The notes beneath the pieces were generated by a model. The model saw only the letters and a program-made list of their open reading frames with translations. It searched no databases and was not told where the DNA came from. Source: Candidatus Latescibacterota bacterium (GTDB lineage: Bacteria; Latescibacterota; UBA2968). Taken from it: DNA of 64,000 bases. Of this stretch, positions 36,176-47,884 are shown piece by piece (the first letter of the stretch is position 1; each line of letters begins with the position of its first letter). Location: the NCBI GenBank assembly GCA_965205975.1, contig OZ242195.1, forward strand, positions 5,440,001-5,504,000. The letters run 5' to 3'. The translations under genes and the position numbers were made by a program.

Positions 36176-39100
36176 TCAATCTGCGGCGGTGTGGCGATAT
36201 GGGGATGCGGATTCAATTTTTGGCGCGCCAAACCACCGCCAGATAAGGCTGATCAAAACAGGTACGACAATCAGTGTGAGAGCAGTGGCAAATGCGAGAC
36301 CAAAGATCACAGCCACGCCCATGGGGCCCCACCACTGACTGCTGCGTCCCCCAATTTCCCATGAAAATGAAAAAAAGTCAAAACTTATACCCGTGGCAAG
36401 GGGCAACAGACCCAGGATAGTGGTTATGGCTGTGAGAATGACGGGGCGAAATCTCACGACGCCTGCGCGTATGATCGCTTCGCGCGCGGAAAGACCGCGC
36501 TGGCGCAATTGCAGGGTATAGCCGATTAGAACAATGGCGTTGTTGACAACCACGCCTGCAAGGCTGATCACGCCGATACCCGTCATGAGAATGCCAAAAG
36601 GGGTTCCGGTGACAATCAGGCCGATCAGTACGCCAATCATAGATAAAATGACGGATGTGAGAATGGTAAAGGGCAGGGCCAGGGAATTGAATTGCGTAAT
36701 CAGAATGAGCGCGATGCCCGCCAATGCTATGAGCAAGGCTTTGGAAAGAAAGGCTGTGGCTTTTTGCTGTTCTTCATTTTCCCCGGAATAGGCGATCTGA
36801 TAGCCTGGTGGAAGGGAAAAATCGGATAGGGCCGCCTGCACGTCGCGCATGGCTGCATCAGATGTGCGGTCTTGCACTTTGCCCTCAATGGAGATAACGC
36901 GCTTGAGATCCTTGCGTCGAATGCTGCCAAATCCGCCGCCCGTTTCTATGCGTGCAACCGCGCTTATGGGCGTGATTTTGCCATCTTTTTCAATGGTTAT
37001 GCGCTCGAGATCGGCAAGGGTGTTGCGCTTGTCGGACTTGAATCTCACGCGAATATCATATTCGTCTTCGCCAAGTCTATATTCGGATGCTTCTGAACCG
37101 TAAACAGCCGAGCGCACTGTAGCGGCAATCAAGCGCGTATTGAGGCCCGCTATTGCAGCGGCTTCTCGATCTACAACGATGCGGACTTCGGGACGCCCGC
37201 GGTCGTAGTCGTCTTTGAGATCTACAACGCCGGGCACTTCGGCCACGATGCGTTTGATGCGTGCGGATAGTTGTCCCAAAATTTCGAAATTTTCGCCGGA
37301 TACCTCAACGCTGATGGGCGGGCCTACGGGTGGTCCGCCGCGTTCTTGAGACAATTCGATTTCGGCGCCGGTCAGATTTTTGAGTTTGTTGCGGATTTCC
37401 TCAATGGTCTTAAAAGAGGATTGCTGTCGAAGACTTTCATCGACAAAATCAACGGAAATACGACTGGCATTTGAAATGCCTTCGCCAGACGCTAATTCAT
37501 CGCCGCCCGAGACACCCACGTTGGCGACATAGGTTTCAACATCGGGAATATCGGAGAGAATGGATTCGATCTGGCGCGCCAGTTGATCCGATGTTTCGAG
37601 GTTTGTGCCAGATGGGGCACGCACGTCGATGTAGGCTGTATTGGGTTCAATTTCGGGAAAAAATTCGATGCCCCGGCCTGTGAAATAGTACGCCACAATG
37701 ACGAGGATGAGTGTGCTCGCTGCAAGCGAGAGGGTTATTCCCGGGTAATTGAGTGCCAGTTCGAGGCGACGCTGATAGGCGTTGAGGCTGCGCTGAAGGC
37801 GGGGTGATGTTTCTTTGACCGTTCCTCGCACTGTCATGAACGATGCACAAAATGTGGGATTGAGGACGAGGCCCACAAAGAGGGACGAAGATAGGGTTAT
37901 GATCAGGGTGATGGGCAAATATTTCATAAATTCGCCCATAATGCCGGGCCAGACAATCATGGGTGCAAAAGCACACAATGTCGTCAGTGTTGAGGTGATT
38001 ACAGGCCATGCGACTTCTCCCGTGCCTTCCAGCGCCCCCTGGATGGGGGATTGGCCTTCTTGCCGATGGCGATAGATATTTTCGACAATGACGATGGCAT
38101 TATCCACGAGCATGCCAAGTGCGAGGATCAGGCTAAATAAAACGATCATATTGAGCGTGATGCCCATAATGGAGATGATGACAAAGGCAATGAGCATGGA
38201 AAGGGGAATGGCGATACCGACAAAAAAGGCATTGCGTAAGCCCAGGAAAAATAGGAGCACCAGAATGACGAGGATGAGGCCGGATACGATATTGTTTTCG
38301 AGGTCTTTGACCATCAGGCGAATGTCTTCGGACTGGTCGCCCAAAATGGTGATTTGCGTGCCTGCGGGAAGGGTGGGTTTCAAGTCGTCGAGCGCGATTT
38401 TAATTTGATCTGCTATGGCAATCAGATTTTCTCCACTGCGCTTGACAATTTCGAGGCTCACACTGGGCTTGTGGTTGAGGCGGGCGTAATTTGCGCGGTC
38501 CTTAAACCCATATACAACATCGGCAACATCGCGAATATAGATCGGGCGACCTTGCGAGGCTTTGATGAGGAGGTCGCCAATCTGGGGAACGGTTTCAAGT
38601 TCGCCAGGCACGCGTACGGCGTATTTGTATGCACCTATATCCACGCTGCCGCCGGGAAGGGTCAAGTTTTCGCGTTGGATGGCCTCTATTACGTCCTGGA
38701 TGGCGAGTTTGTAGGCGATGAGGCGGTCGGGATCGACATCGACTTTGACTTCGTGTTCGAGACCACCGACCACGCGTACTTCGAGGATGCCGGGGATGGT
38801 TTCGATATGATCGGCAAAGTCTTCGGCAATTTCTTTGAGCCGAATCAGCCCATAGTCGGCCGACAATGCGACGATCATCATGGGGATATTGGAAAAGTTG
38901 ACTTCGAGAACCACGGGATCTTCTGCTTCATCGGGTAATTCTGTTTTTGCGAGATCGACCTTGTCTTTGACGCGCTGGAGTGCATTATCAATGTCGGCAT
39001 TGGGATTAAACTCGACTGTAATTGACGAAGCGCCTTCGACCGAACTCGAGCGGATCACTTTGACGTTTTCGATGGATTGAAGTTCTTTTTCCAAAGGTCG

Positions 39101-39292
39101 GGTAATGAGGTTTTCAACATCCTGAGGCGAGGCTCCGATATACGGCGTGCTGACGATGATGAGAGGTATGGTAATATCCGGCGCAGCTTCGCGAGGAAGC
39201 GACAGATAGGCCGAGATGCCCGAGATGATGAGGATGCCGACAAAGACGTAAACGGTGATGCGATGTTTGAGTGCGTACGCGGTAATGGTCAT
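36176..39292 (-). CDS. RND efflux permease (AcrB/AcrD/AcrF family)
   Basis: 1038 aa; GMLVDNAIVIVENI; GVVVNNAIVL; RFRPVILT. Confidence 0.95.
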   Translation of the reverse strand: MTITAYALKHRITVYVFVGILIISGISAYLSLPREAAPDITIPLIIVSTPYIGASPQDVENLITRPLEKELQSIENVKVIRSSSVEGASSITVEFNPNADIDNALQRVKDKVDLAKTELPDEAEDPVVLEVNFSNIPMMIVALSADYGLIRLKEIAEDFADHIETIPGILEVRVVGGLEHEVKVDVDPDRLIAYKLAIQDVIEAIQRENLTLPGGSVDIGAYKYAVRVPGELETVPQIGDLLIKASQGRPIYIRDVADVVYGFKDRANYARLNHKPSVSLEIVKRSGENLIAIADQIKIALDDLKPTLPAGTQITILGDQSEDIRLMVKDLENNIVSGLILVILVLLFFLGLRNAFFVGIAIPLSMLIAFVIISIMGITLNMIVLFSLILALGMLVDNAIVIVENIYRHRQEGQSPIQGALEGTGEVAWPVITSTLTTLCAFAPMIVWPGIMGEFMKYLPITLIITLSSSLFVGLVLNPTFCASFMTVRGTVKETSPRLQRSLNAYQRRLELALNYPGITLSLAASTLILVIVAYYFTGRGIEFFPEIEPNTAYIDVRAPSGTNLETSDQLARQIESILSDIPDVETYVANVGVSGGDELASGEGISNASRISVDFVDESLRQQSSFKTIEEIRNKLKNLTGAEIELSQERGGPPVGPPISVEVSGENFEILGQLSARIKRIVAEVPGVVDLKDDYDRGRPEVRIVVDREAAAIAGLNTRLIAATVRSAVYGSEASEYRLGEDEYDIRVRFKSDKRNTLADLERITIEKDGKITPISAVARIETGGGFGSIRRKDLKRVISIEGKVQDRTSDAAMRDVQAALSDFSLPPGYQIAYSGENEEQQKATAFLSKALLIALAGIALILITQFNSLALPFTILTSVILSMIGVLIGLIVTGTPFGILMTGIGVISLAGVVVNNAIVLIGYTLQLRQRGLSAREAIIRAGVVRFRPVILTAITTILGLLPLATGISFDFFSFSWEIGGRSSQWWGPMGVAVIFGLAFATALTLIVVPVLISLIWRWFGAPKIESASPYRHTAAD

Positions 39293-40338
39293 GGAATAGA
39301 TTCCGCATATTTTATTGCCACGCGGTCGCCATCAATGAGGTCTCGCCCGCCTTTGACAACGATCTGATCGCCAAAGGAAAGCCCTTTTTGGACGACGACG
39401 CGCTCGGCTTCCGATGGGCCGAGGTTAAGCGGACGCAAAAGTGCCTTGTTGTTTTTCACGACAAAGGCCACGGGTCCGATTTCGCGTTCGATAATGGCTT
39501 CGCGGGGAATGACAACGACATGCCGGTGAATGCGACGCCTGGCTTTCAGCGTGCCGATCATGCCGGGCCGGATATGCCCTTTTGGGTTAGGCAAGTGGAT
39601 TTCAATGGGAAAAACCCTCTGGTCTGTATCTGCTGCTGGCCCAACATGGGCGATTGTGCTCTCATAAGTTTGGTGCGGAAGAGCATCGAGGATGAGGGTG
39701 ACGAAACTGCCTTCGGCGAAGTCGATGATTTCGCTCTCAGCTACCCAGGCCTCAATGCGCAGGCTGTCGGTTTGTACGAGGCGAAATGTTGCGTCACCTC
39801 GCGTGATATGTTGTCCCTGTGAGATATATCGCTTTGCTATAGTGCCTGAAAACGGCGCTTGTATCTGTCCATAAGAGAGCCGGTGTTTTAAGGTCTGTGC
39901 TGTTGATTTGGCTTTTTGAAAGTCGTATTCTGTGGCAAAATACGCCTGTTCGGAAATCGATCCTTCCGAGAAAAGTTGTTTGCTGCGCTCGTAATTGTAG
40001 GTTTGAAACTTGAGATTGGCCTCGGCTTCGATCAATGCAGCTTGCAGAAGCTCCAGGTTGAGTTGCGCGAGATGCTCTTCTCGTTTGACGTAATCACCCA
40101 CATCTTTGTACGTGTTGATAACCTCACCAGATTCGAGCGCGCTAATCGTCACATCGCGCCAGGCTTTTACTGTGGCAGACAGCCTGCTGTATTGGACGAG
40201 CGAATCGGGTTTGAGCACAAATGTAGATACATTGGTGGTGCGCTCTAATGGCATTTCTTTTTGTGCCGAAGATTCGTCGCCGCAGCCCAGATTGATCGCG
40301 ATCAAAAGACAGGGTATTAAAAGCCTGTACAAATTCAT
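39289..40338 (-). CDS. RND membrane-fusion (periplasmic adaptor) lipoprotein
   Basis: Lipobox NLGC; IQAPFSG; RPGM; GLSFGD. Confidence 0.93.
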   Translation of the reverse strand: MNLYRLLIPCLLIAINLGCGDESSAQKEMPLERTTNVSTFVLKPDSLVQYSRLSATVKAWRDVTISALESGEVINTYKDVGDYVKREEHLAQLNLELLQAALIEAEANLKFQTYNYERSKQLFSEGSISEQAYFATEYDFQKAKSTAQTLKHRLSYGQIQAPFSGTIAKRYISQGQHITRGDATFRLVQTDSLRIEAWVAESEIIDFAEGSFVTLILDALPHQTYESTIAHVGPAADTDQRVFPIEIHLPNPKGHIRPGMIGTLKARRRIHRHVVVIPREAIIEREIGPVAFVVKNNKALLRPLNLGPSEAERVVVQKGLSFGDQIVVKGGRDLIDGDRVAIKYAESIP

Positions 40339-41690
40339 GGTTTATTCTCCTCACCCAAAATGCCCGCACTGAGTTCTAAATGCACGAGGGCGACCGCAAG
40401 GTCTCGTTTTGCGCGCGCGAGTTCGGCTTCGGCGCGTTGTAAAGTGAGTTGTCCATCTATGACTTCGATTTGGGTGCCAACGCCATTTTCATAACGCGAT
40501 TCCGCGATTTCCAGGCCCCGACGAGCGAGATCAGCAGCCTGTATTTGCGCGCTTTTTCTGGCGCGAATTTCGAGAAAAGTGCGCCACGCCTGCAGGATGT
40601 TGAAACGTATGTCGCGTTTGGTTTGTTTTTGCACCAGTTCTGCTTGCCGCGTGTCTGAGCGGGCCTGCGCAACCTGTGCACTTGTGCGAAAGCCATCGAA
40701 AATGGGAATGTTGATGGCGATGCCCGAAAACCAGCTCTGATGAAAATCGTCTTTTACAAAATCAAATTCGTTTTTTTGAGCCTGCCACTGTCCATTGACA
40801 ATTAAATCTACAGTAGGGCGGGATTCTGATTGGGCAATGGTCTCTGCATGCTGGAGCATTTCGACCTCGAGGGAGTACTGACGTACAATGGGATGCATTT
40901 GCATTGAGAGGTCAATCAGATCTGTCTCGGTGATAGTCGATAAAAGGTGGGATTTTTCGCGGAAAGTCCCACGAGGTATAATGGGTTCGTTGGGGTCAAT
41001 GCCGATCTGGTTTTTGAACGTGAGATCCGCCAATACGCGCGCATTCTCCGTGCGTATGGAGTCTGTTAGTAATTCGGCGACCTGCACCTGTGCACGCAGC
41101 AAATCGTAGTCCGATACGCGCCCTGCCTCGCGCAATTTTTCGACGCGCTTGAAATTTGCACGCGCGCGTGCTACAGAAGATTTGCTGACGCGCGTGAGTT
41201 CTCCAGCCAGTAGCAGGTCGTAAAAAGCCGTTTCGACCTGGGTGTGTAATCGCTGCTTTGCAGCGCGCATCTTTTCCATTGAAAATTGTCGGAACAGACG
41301 CGCGGCGCGCATGGCAGAAAAAGATTTGCCCCCGCCCCAAACTGATTGTCGGATGCCAACTGTGCCGATGAGGTTGTTGTGCGCGCCTATGGTGAATTGT
41401 TGCTGGCCTGCTGGCGTTTCAAAGAAAAAGGTGGGCAGCAACCAGTTGCGCGTGTACTGCATGGTGATATCGAGTTGGGGGAGAACATCGGCTACTGCAT
41501 GGCGAACCCGTTGACGTGATTTTTCCAGATCTTCGCGCGCTATTAGCAGGTCTTCATTGTGCGATAGCGCGTGCTGCAAACTCTCTTCGAGTGTAATAGA
41601 CCAGGAATAGGCTCTGGGGAGCGCGAAAAAAAGGAACAGAAGGCCGATGGTACATAGCCATCGACAAAGAGATATATAGTCCATCGACAT
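40335..41690 (-). CDS. TolC-family outer-membrane efflux protein
   Basis: Two OEP repeats; IPIFDG; RYENGVGTQIEV. Confidence 0.93.
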   Translation of the reverse strand: MSMDYISLCRWLCTIGLLFLFFALPRAYSWSITLEESLQHALSHNEDLLIAREDLEKSRQRVRHAVADVLPQLDITMQYTRNWLLPTFFFETPAGQQQFTIGAHNNLIGTVGIRQSVWGGGKSFSAMRAARLFRQFSMEKMRAAKQRLHTQVETAFYDLLLAGELTRVSKSSVARARANFKRVEKLREAGRVSDYDLLRAQVQVAELLTDSIRTENARVLADLTFKNQIGIDPNEPIIPRGTFREKSHLLSTITETDLIDLSMQMHPIVRQYSLEVEMLQHAETIAQSESRPTVDLIVNGQWQAQKNEFDFVKDDFHQSWFSGIAINIPIFDGFRTSAQVAQARSDTRQAELVQKQTKRDIRFNILQAWRTFLEIRARKSAQIQAADLARRGLEIAESRYENGVGTQIEVIDGQLTLQRAEAELARAKRDLAVALVHLELSAGILGEENKP

Positions 41691-41768
41691 TTGGAGGGCG
41701 TTAAATTCAGGTCGAGATGTTATTTATTTGAAAATCTACAGGGTTTTGCCATGTGATGTCAAGGCGTT

Positions 41769-42641
41769 TCACAAACTGATACGGCAAACGCTGTCTGATA
41801 GTGCCAATGCTTGGACAGTTTCTGCGACATCGTGAACTCTTACAATGTGTATTCCTGCTATTGCACCCAATGTAATGGCAGCGATGCTGCCCGGTAGGCG
41901 CTCGTGAGGCAGACTTTGTGGCGCAGTAAATTGCTTGCGCGATGCACCTATGAGAAGGGGATATCTCAGCGTGTGAAAATCGGATAGTCGGGCGAGTATT
42001 TCGATATTGTGCGCGTATTTTTTGCCAAATCCCAGTCCAGGATCAATTACAATCTGAGATCGGGAAATGCCCATCGCCCTTGCGCTATCGATTTGTGCGC
42101 TTAAAAAGTCGAGAATATCAGACACGACATCGACGTACACAGGGTTCTGTTGCATAGTTGAGGGCGTTCCCTGCATGTGCATCAGGACAACAGCAGCTCC
42201 CGTTTCTGCGATCAGATGCATCATGCCAGTGTCAAAACGCAGGGCACTGATGTCGTTGACAATGGTGGCGCCGTTGTCAATGGCCTGTCGGGCGACTTCG
42301 GATTTGGTTGTATCTATGGAGATGGGTACGTCGAGTTGTGGGGCAATAGCCTCAATAATGGGAATGGTGCGGTCCAGTTCTTCTTTTTGAGAGATAACGG
42401 TCGCCCCTTTGCCATAAGGCCCGGCTGGACGGGATGATTCACCCCCTATATCAATTATGTCGGCACCGGCTTCAACCAGTGCCCGTGCTCGTTCAATCGC
42501 TTTGCGCGGTTCAAAATAAAGGCCGCCGTCTGAGAACGAGTCTGGCGTGACATTGAGAACGCCCATCACGAGTGTTCGATGACCCAATTGAAGGGGTGTG
42601 CCACAGCATGAAAGCCGGTAAATAGGGCGTATGTGTTTCAT
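41769..42641 (-). CDS. folP: Dihydropteroate synthase
   Basis: MGVLNVTPDSFSDGG, DIGGESSRP, DPGLGFGK, SRK, RVHDV. Confidence 0.97.
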   Translation of the reverse strand: MKHIRPIYRLSCCGTPLQLGHRTLVMGVLNVTPDSFSDGGLYFEPRKAIERARALVEAGADIIDIGGESSRPAGPYGKGATVISQKEELDRTIPIIEAIAPQLDVPISIDTTKSEVARQAIDNGATIVNDISALRFDTGMMHLIAETGAAVVLMHMQGTPSTMQQNPVYVDVVSDILDFLSAQIDSARAMGISRSQIVIDPGLGFGKKYAHNIEILARLSDFHTLRYPLLIGASRKQFTAPQSLPHERLPGSIAAITLGAIAGIHIVRVHDVAETVQALALSDSVCRISL

Positions 42642-42656
42642 TGGGACGGTGTAAGA

Positions 42657-42688
42657 AAAAAAGAGATGGCAAACGCCATCTCTTTTTT
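42657..42688 (-). terminator. Intrinsic terminator after ftsH
   Basis: AAAAAAGAGATGGC-AAAC-GCCATCTCTTTTTT perfect hairpin. Confidence 0.8.
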
Positions 42689-44813
42689 AGTTATCTGATG
42701 GCTGTTTTTCTTGTTCAGAGGTGTGCTTTTCCGAGGTTTGGTCTTCCTGTTCTTCTTCCGGTTTTTCTGGCTGTTTTGCAGGTTCAACTGGTTTTTCGAG
42801 TGTTTTGCCTTCTAATAACTGGTTGAGTTGTACATCGTCGAGGGTTTCAAATTCCAGCAGTGCTTTGGCGAGGATGTGGACTTTGTCGATGTTATCACTG
42901 AGCAATTGTTCCGCGCGAGACTCGGCTTTGATTACGAAGTTTTTGATTTCCTCATCGATCATTTCGGCCACTCTGTCGCTGTGATCTCTACGTTGTGCCA
43001 TTTCGCGCCCGAGGAATATTTCGTCGTTTTGCTGCCCATAAGCAATGGGACCCAGTTTGGGACTCATGCCCCAATCGCAAACCATTTGCCGGGCGAGATT
43101 GGTGGCCATGCGGTAGTCTTGTTGCCCGCCTGTTGTGATTTCGCCAAAGACGAGCTTTTCGGCAATTCTGCCACCCAGGGCGTAAGCGAGAACCGCTTCA
43201 CAATAACTCTGGGGATAAGTGTGGCGCTCATCGATGGGGAGGGTGTGTGTGACACCGAGGGCACGCCCGCGAGGGATGATGGTCACTTTGTGCAGAGGAT
43301 CGCTTTCTGGTATGAGTTTTGCTACCAGTGCGTGACCAATTTCGTGATAGGATGTGAGGCGTTTTTCTTTGTCGGAAATGACCAGGCTGCGTCGCTCTGC
43401 ACCCATCATGACTTTGTCTTTGGCATCTTCAAAGTCGTTCATGGTTACGCGGTCTCGATTATTTCTGGAAGCGAGAAGAGCGGCTTCGTTGACCAGGTTG
43501 GCGAGGTCTGCGCCTGCCAGTCCGGGGGTTCCTCGCGCCAGCACCTGTAAGTTGACGTCGTCGGAGAGGGGTGTGTTGCGGGTGTGGACTTTTAGAATGC
43601 CTTCGCGCCCTCTAATATCGGGACGATCCACCACGACCTGACGGTCGAAGCGCCCGGGTCGCAACAGCGCGGGGTCGAGCACATCGGGACGGTTGGTAGC
43701 TGCGATGAGGATGAGGCCCTCTTTGGATTCAAAACCATCCATTTCAACCAGGAGTTGATTGAGGGTTTGCTCGCGCTCGTCGTGACCGCCTCCAATACCT
43801 GCGCCGCGGTGCCGTCCCACGGCATCTATTTCGTCGATAAAGATGATACACGGGGCGTGATTTTTCCCCTGTTCAAAGAGATCGCGCACACGTGAAGCTC
43901 CCACGCCGACAAACATTTCGACAAAATCAGATCCGCTCATTAAAAAGAATGGGACACCCGCTTCGCCTGCGACGGCGCGTGCCATGTGCGTTTTGCCCGT
44001 GCCGGGGGGACCAACGAGGAGTACGCCTTTTGGAATGCGCCCACCCAGACGTTGAAATTTGCGCGGATCTTTCAGAAATTCGATGATTTCCTGTAGTTCT
44101 TGCTTGGCTTCTTCGGCGCCTGCAACGTCTTTGAATGTGATTGTTGCTTTATCTTCAGAGACGAGCTTGGCTTTGCTTTTGCCAAAGCTGAACGCACCTT
44201 TGGGACCTCCTTGCATCTGACGCAAAATAAAAAGCCAAAGCCCTATGAACAGGATCCACGGCAAAAAATTGAAAAATATGTTGAGCCAATTGGAGGGTTT
44301 TTGAAAGCGAAAGTCAACGCCGTATTTGAGCCATTCTTCGCGGGTCTGGGCATCTACAACGCCCAGGTCAACGACAAAATCGCGAAAGGTGTGCTGTTGT
44401 CTTCGCCCTGGCGGGGTAAGCTCTTCTGTGACGAGGTGGCCGTGAAATTCGTTATCAATAATGATCGCGCTCTGGATTTTTCCCTCTTCGAGGAGCATTT
44501 TGTACTCTTTATAGCTGAGTACGACATCGCTGGAAGGGGAATTGCCAAAAAATTTGGAAGCAAAAATGATAACCAGCAAAAAAAAGACCCAGAAAGCCAG
44601 TGGTTTTGAGATGCGCCGCCAGGGCCACTTGCCATTCTCCGTATCCCCCTTGCGATCAGGATTATCCCGATTGAGCACGGACAAGTTGGGGCGCCGCTCT
44701 TTTTTTTCTTCAGGCGCGTCCTCTTCGGGCTGTGTGGGAGTGCGATCAGGCGTCTCGTCGGATGACTGTGTTTCTTCATCCGGTTTCGAGTCCCTGTCTT
44801 TGGGGTCGGTCAT
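42687..44813 (-). CDS. ftsH: ATP-dependent zinc metalloprotease FtsH
   Basis: Two TM helices; [27 protein letters not shown]. Confidence 0.98.
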   Translation of the reverse strand: MTDPKDRDSKPDEETQSSDETPDRTPTQPEEDAPEEKKERRPNLSVLNRDNPDRKGDTENGKWPWRRISKPLAFWVFFLLVIIFASKFFGNSPSSDVVLSYKEYKMLLEEGKIQSAIIIDNEFHGHLVTEELTPPGRRQQHTFRDFVVDLGVVDAQTREEWLKYGVDFRFQKPSNWLNIFFNFLPWILFIGLWLFILRQMQGGPKGAFSFGKSKAKLVSEDKATITFKDVAGAEEAKQELQEIIEFLKDPRKFQRLGGRIPKGVLLVGPPGTGKTHMARAVAGEAGVPFFLMSGSDFVEMFVGVGASRVRDLFEQGKNHAPCIIFIDEIDAVGRHRGAGIGGGHDEREQTLNQLLVEMDGFESKEGLILIAATNRPDVLDPALLRPGRFDRQVVVDRPDIRGREGILKVHTRNTPLSDDVNLQVLARGTPGLAGADLANLVNEAALLASRNNRDRVTMNDFEDAKDKVMMGAERRSLVISDKEKRLTSYHEIGHALVAKLIPESDPLHKVTIIPRGRALGVTHTLPIDERHTYPQSYCEAVLAYALGGRIAEKLVFGEITTGGQQDYRMATNLARQMVCDWGMSPKLGPIAYGQQNDEIFLGREMAQRRDHSDRVAEMIDEEIKNFVIKAESRAEQLLSDNIDKVHILAKALLEFETLDDVQLNQLLEGKTLEKPVEPAKQPEKPEEEQEDQTSEKHTSEQEKQPSDN

Positions 44814-46234
44814 AAATGCCTCTCTTCGCATTGTGTGATCACGCTACTATAGGTTGCTTTGAGCACGCGCCGAGTTGCTGGTGTGATGGGTGCAATTTGT
44901 GAGCGCCGAAGGCCAACGACCCACAAAATGGTCGCACCGCTCACCAGCAGTGGTATTTCGCCGCGTAGCGGGCGGGGTATTTTGCTATCGCCGAGCAGTC
45001 TGCTGACTTTTTTTTTCCCCTGCATGCCAAAAGGGTGAAACCAGTCGCCCGGTCTGGGTGAACGAAGATACAACGCCCGGTTGGGAAGTTGATCCAGGTC
45101 AAAAAAGACGGTGTGTTTCGCTGTTTTTGAACTACCGATACAGTTGTACACCGTTCGCAGGCGCTCACGGTTGACCCGGTTTAATATATTCATTGAGAAT
45201 TTGCCGTTGATATTGAGCGGCACATCGGGTTCAACCAAAAAGCAGTAAGCTCGGGCGGGTTGGGTTATAATAAGTGTGTCATTCGCGCGATAAGCTGAGA
45301 TTTCTGGCGTTATTTGAACGCTGTGTCCAGGAGTGGAAGAAATTTCGAGAATTCGTTCAACAACCTGGAAACGCGCGGCTTCGACACTGGCCTGGAGGGC
45401 AAAGAGCACCTTCCGAATCAGGCGACGCCGAAGTGATATATGATAACCGAAAAATCGCTTAACATCAAGGATAAATTTTCGATTGTCGCGGCACAGGAGG
45501 GTTTCCGAAAGTGCCTGTTCCGCAATGTTTTCGAGGTGTGCATCGTCATTTTGCAGCAGGGTTGCCGAACGTGAAAGCAGGTCTTCGATTTGAGGATTGT
45601 ATGCCTTTTGCAAGTGGGGTATCAGATCTGTGCGAATGCGATTGCGCAGAAATTTCGGATCGCTATTTGTCTCATCGCGCAGCACCTGCAAATTGTGGGT
45701 GCGTACATAAGATTCAATTTCCGATCTGGAAAATGAGAGCAGAGGACGAATCCAACATGATTCTGAAATTGGACGCATACCACCCAATCCGGTGAGTCCT
45801 GCACCTCGAACAAGGCGCAGCAGAACGGTTTCTGCTTGATCGCTTTTTGTATGGCCAAGCGCGATCCGGTTTGCACCAGTTTTCTGTTTTACGGCGTCGA
45901 GAAATGCCCGTCGTGCATCGCGCGCTGCTTCTTCGAGAGATTGCTTTTTATTTTTTGCCCGCTGCACAACATCTTCCTTTTCGATATAGATGGGATAATT
46001 TCGAGCGATTTGTTTGACAAACGCGACATCGCTTTCGGCATTGGGACGAAGTTGATGATTGAGATGCGCGATATAAAGTGTGAGGTGCCATTTTGCTTTG
46101 AGGCGGTGGAGAAGGTCGAATAAAGTAACGGAGTCGGGACCGCCAGACAGGGCTACGACCACCCCATCTCCTGATGTGAGAAGGCGTTCTTGTTGGATAT
46201 AGGCTTCAACGCGATGTAGAATATCCAGGGACAT
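44810..46234 (-). CDS. tilS: tRNA(Ile)-lysidine synthetase
   Basis: [26 protein letters not shown]; TilS C-terminal domain. Confidence 0.96.
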   Translation of the reverse strand: MSLDILHRVEAYIQQERLLTSGDGVVVALSGGPDSVTLFDLLHRLKAKWHLTLYIAHLNHQLRPNAESDVAFVKQIARNYPIYIEKEDVVQRAKNKKQSLEEAARDARRAFLDAVKQKTGANRIALGHTKSDQAETVLLRLVRGAGLTGLGGMRPISESCWIRPLLSFSRSEIESYVRTHNLQVLRDETNSDPKFLRNRIRTDLIPHLQKAYNPQIEDLLSRSATLLQNDDAHLENIAEQALSETLLCRDNRKFILDVKRFFGYHISLRRRLIRKVLFALQASVEAARFQVVERILEISSTPGHSVQITPEISAYRANDTLIITQPARAYCFLVEPDVPLNINGKFSMNILNRVNRERLRTVYNCIGSSKTAKHTVFFDLDQLPNRALYLRSPRPGDWFHPFGMQGKKKVSRLLGDSKIPRPLRGEIPLLVSGATILWVVGLRRSQIAPITPATRRVLKATYSSVITQCEERHL

Positions 46235-46351
46235 GCCGAGTTCCATTTTGCAAGTGTTTGGACGCGCGAATAGTGTCTAAAGTTTCTCGTATCACTTATG
46301 GTAAATATAAAAAATCGGCTGTGAATTTACAGCCGATTTATGCGCTTGTGA

Positions 46352-47884
46352 CTAAAAGTAGGTATTGAGGCGCATTTCCACGCCTTTGAAGGGGAGCACC
46401 AGATAGCAGGTCCCCGATGTACAGGCGGTGCCTCCGCGCCGCTCGCCCACAAAGAGGACGGCGTCGTAATGCGTGCCAAATCGCGCATTGAGGTTGAGAG
46501 ATACGAAGGTGCGGCTGCCCGTTTCGATGTCGAAAGTTTCTGGGCGGTCAACTTCAAAAGGGTCGGTTGTGTGATCGACGACAAGGGCTGCGCCAAAACC
46601 GCGCGCGTGTTGTGCAGAGAGCGCGCCATAAGTATTGGAAAAGTACGGGTCGTTTTCAAAATGGACGGCGCGCTGATATTGGAGGTCGAGGCCGAGAGTA
46701 TGACCTCGGTCGGTTGTGGTTTCAAAAATCGCGCCGCCCGTGCGGTGGCTGTCGATGCTTTCGATGTCGTCTTTGCCCCAGTTAAAGAAGAAGGTGGCGG
46801 TCAGATTGTCAAATTTGTACAGATCAAAAGAGAAATGTCTTTCTTTGAAAAAGGTCTGTATCGTCGGAGCCAAATCATTGCGTGCGTGACTGATATTGAC
46901 CGTGAAATTGCCCAGGCTCAGTTGCGTATAAGTGCCTTCGATCTGATAGCCCTTTTCGCTGGCGAGTAGCAGTACATGTGTGTTGCGGTTGAGCAAAGAG
47001 GCGGTGTGTTCGCGGACGAGAGATGGGGGATCATTGAAGTGGAGGTGCATGTTGTCGTAATCTTTGTATTCAACACTCAACCCCAGATTGTTCCAGCCCA
47101 TATTGCCCGATAAGTAGAGGGCAGCTCCTTTTTCGTCGTCTCGCCGTGCATATTCGCCTTCGCGTTGCGCGTATTCGCCGTAGAAGCTGCCGTAGAGACC
47201 GGCTTTTTGCAGGATATTAGAAAGGTCGAGATCGGCAAAACCAGACCAGGCCCAATTTTTGTCGATGAGGGAATCTCTGGGGGTGATGTGAACGCCCGTG
47301 CTGCCAATTTTGAGGTTGGGATTGAGTCTGACGGCGAGTTGGCCTCCTGTGGCCCAATCTCCGCGACGGGAAACACTGCGTGGCGGGGTGCCGGATTTGG
47401 CACCTGGGGGAATATCGCTGAGTGCTGATCGACCGATGAGTGCTCTGGCTTCTACGCGATTGCCAGTCCATGAGGCTGTCGCGCCCTCGAGGTCCTGAGC
47501 CGGGGCATAGCGCAGGCGATAAATGGGGCTTTCGAGCACGACGCCGGGCAGTTCAAATGCGCGAAGTGTGAGGCCCCGTCCGAGAATTGCATAGTAATTG
47601 CCGATTTCCACATTCGCAGCACCATGGTTCCACCGTGCGTATTTTTGTGTGATTTGATACGTTTCGCGGTCCGCCCCCCAGGTGTTATAAACTTCTGCTC
47701 TTAAACCGGCCTGCAAGCCCTTTTGCGTAAAGTCGAGATTCAACTGGTTATAGGCTGTGGAGATGGCGGTGGAGTCAGATCCCGGTATTTCACCACGTTG
47801 CATTTCCGTCAATCCAGTGACGGTAATTTGTGCAGAAATGGGGGCTGAGAAGAGCAGGACGAGGAGCAGGCTACTTGCTTTCAT
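46352..47884 (-). CDS. DUF6029-like outer-membrane beta-barrel protein
   Basis: Signal peptide; GNYYAILGRGL; EYKDY; C-terminal GGTACTSGTC...F; follows TlpA. Confidence 0.7.
   Translation of the reverse strand: MKASSLLLVLLFSAPISAQITVTGLTEMQRGEIPGSDSTAISTAYNQLNLDFTQKGLQAGLRAEVYNTWGADRETYQITQKYARWNHGAANVEIGNYYAILGRGLTLRAFELPGVVLESPIYRLRYAPAQDLEGATASWTGNRVEARALIGRSALSDIPPGAKSGTPPRSVSRRGDWATGGQLAVRLNPNLKIGSTGVHITPRDSLIDKNWAWSGFADLDLSNILQKAGLYGSFYGEYAQREGEYARRDDEKGAALYLSGNMGWNNLGLSVEYKDYDNMHLHFNDPPSLVREHTASLLNRNTHVLLLASEKGYQIEGTYTQLSLGNFTVNISHARNDLAPTIQTFFKERHFSFDLYKFDNLTATFFFNWGKDDIESIDSHRTGGAIFETTTDRGHTLGLDLQYQRAVHFENDPYFSNTYGALSAQHARGFGAALVVDHTTDPFEVDRPETFDIETGSRTFVSLNLNARFGTHYDAVLFVGERRGGTACTSGTCYLVLPFKGVEMRLNTYF

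Noticed and set aside
42828..43550. 240-aa plus-strand ORF and similar long antisense ORFs (for example 50095-50799, 55347-56072, 58878-59519)
   Set aside because: They lie wholly opposite well-supported genes and are explained by codon bias
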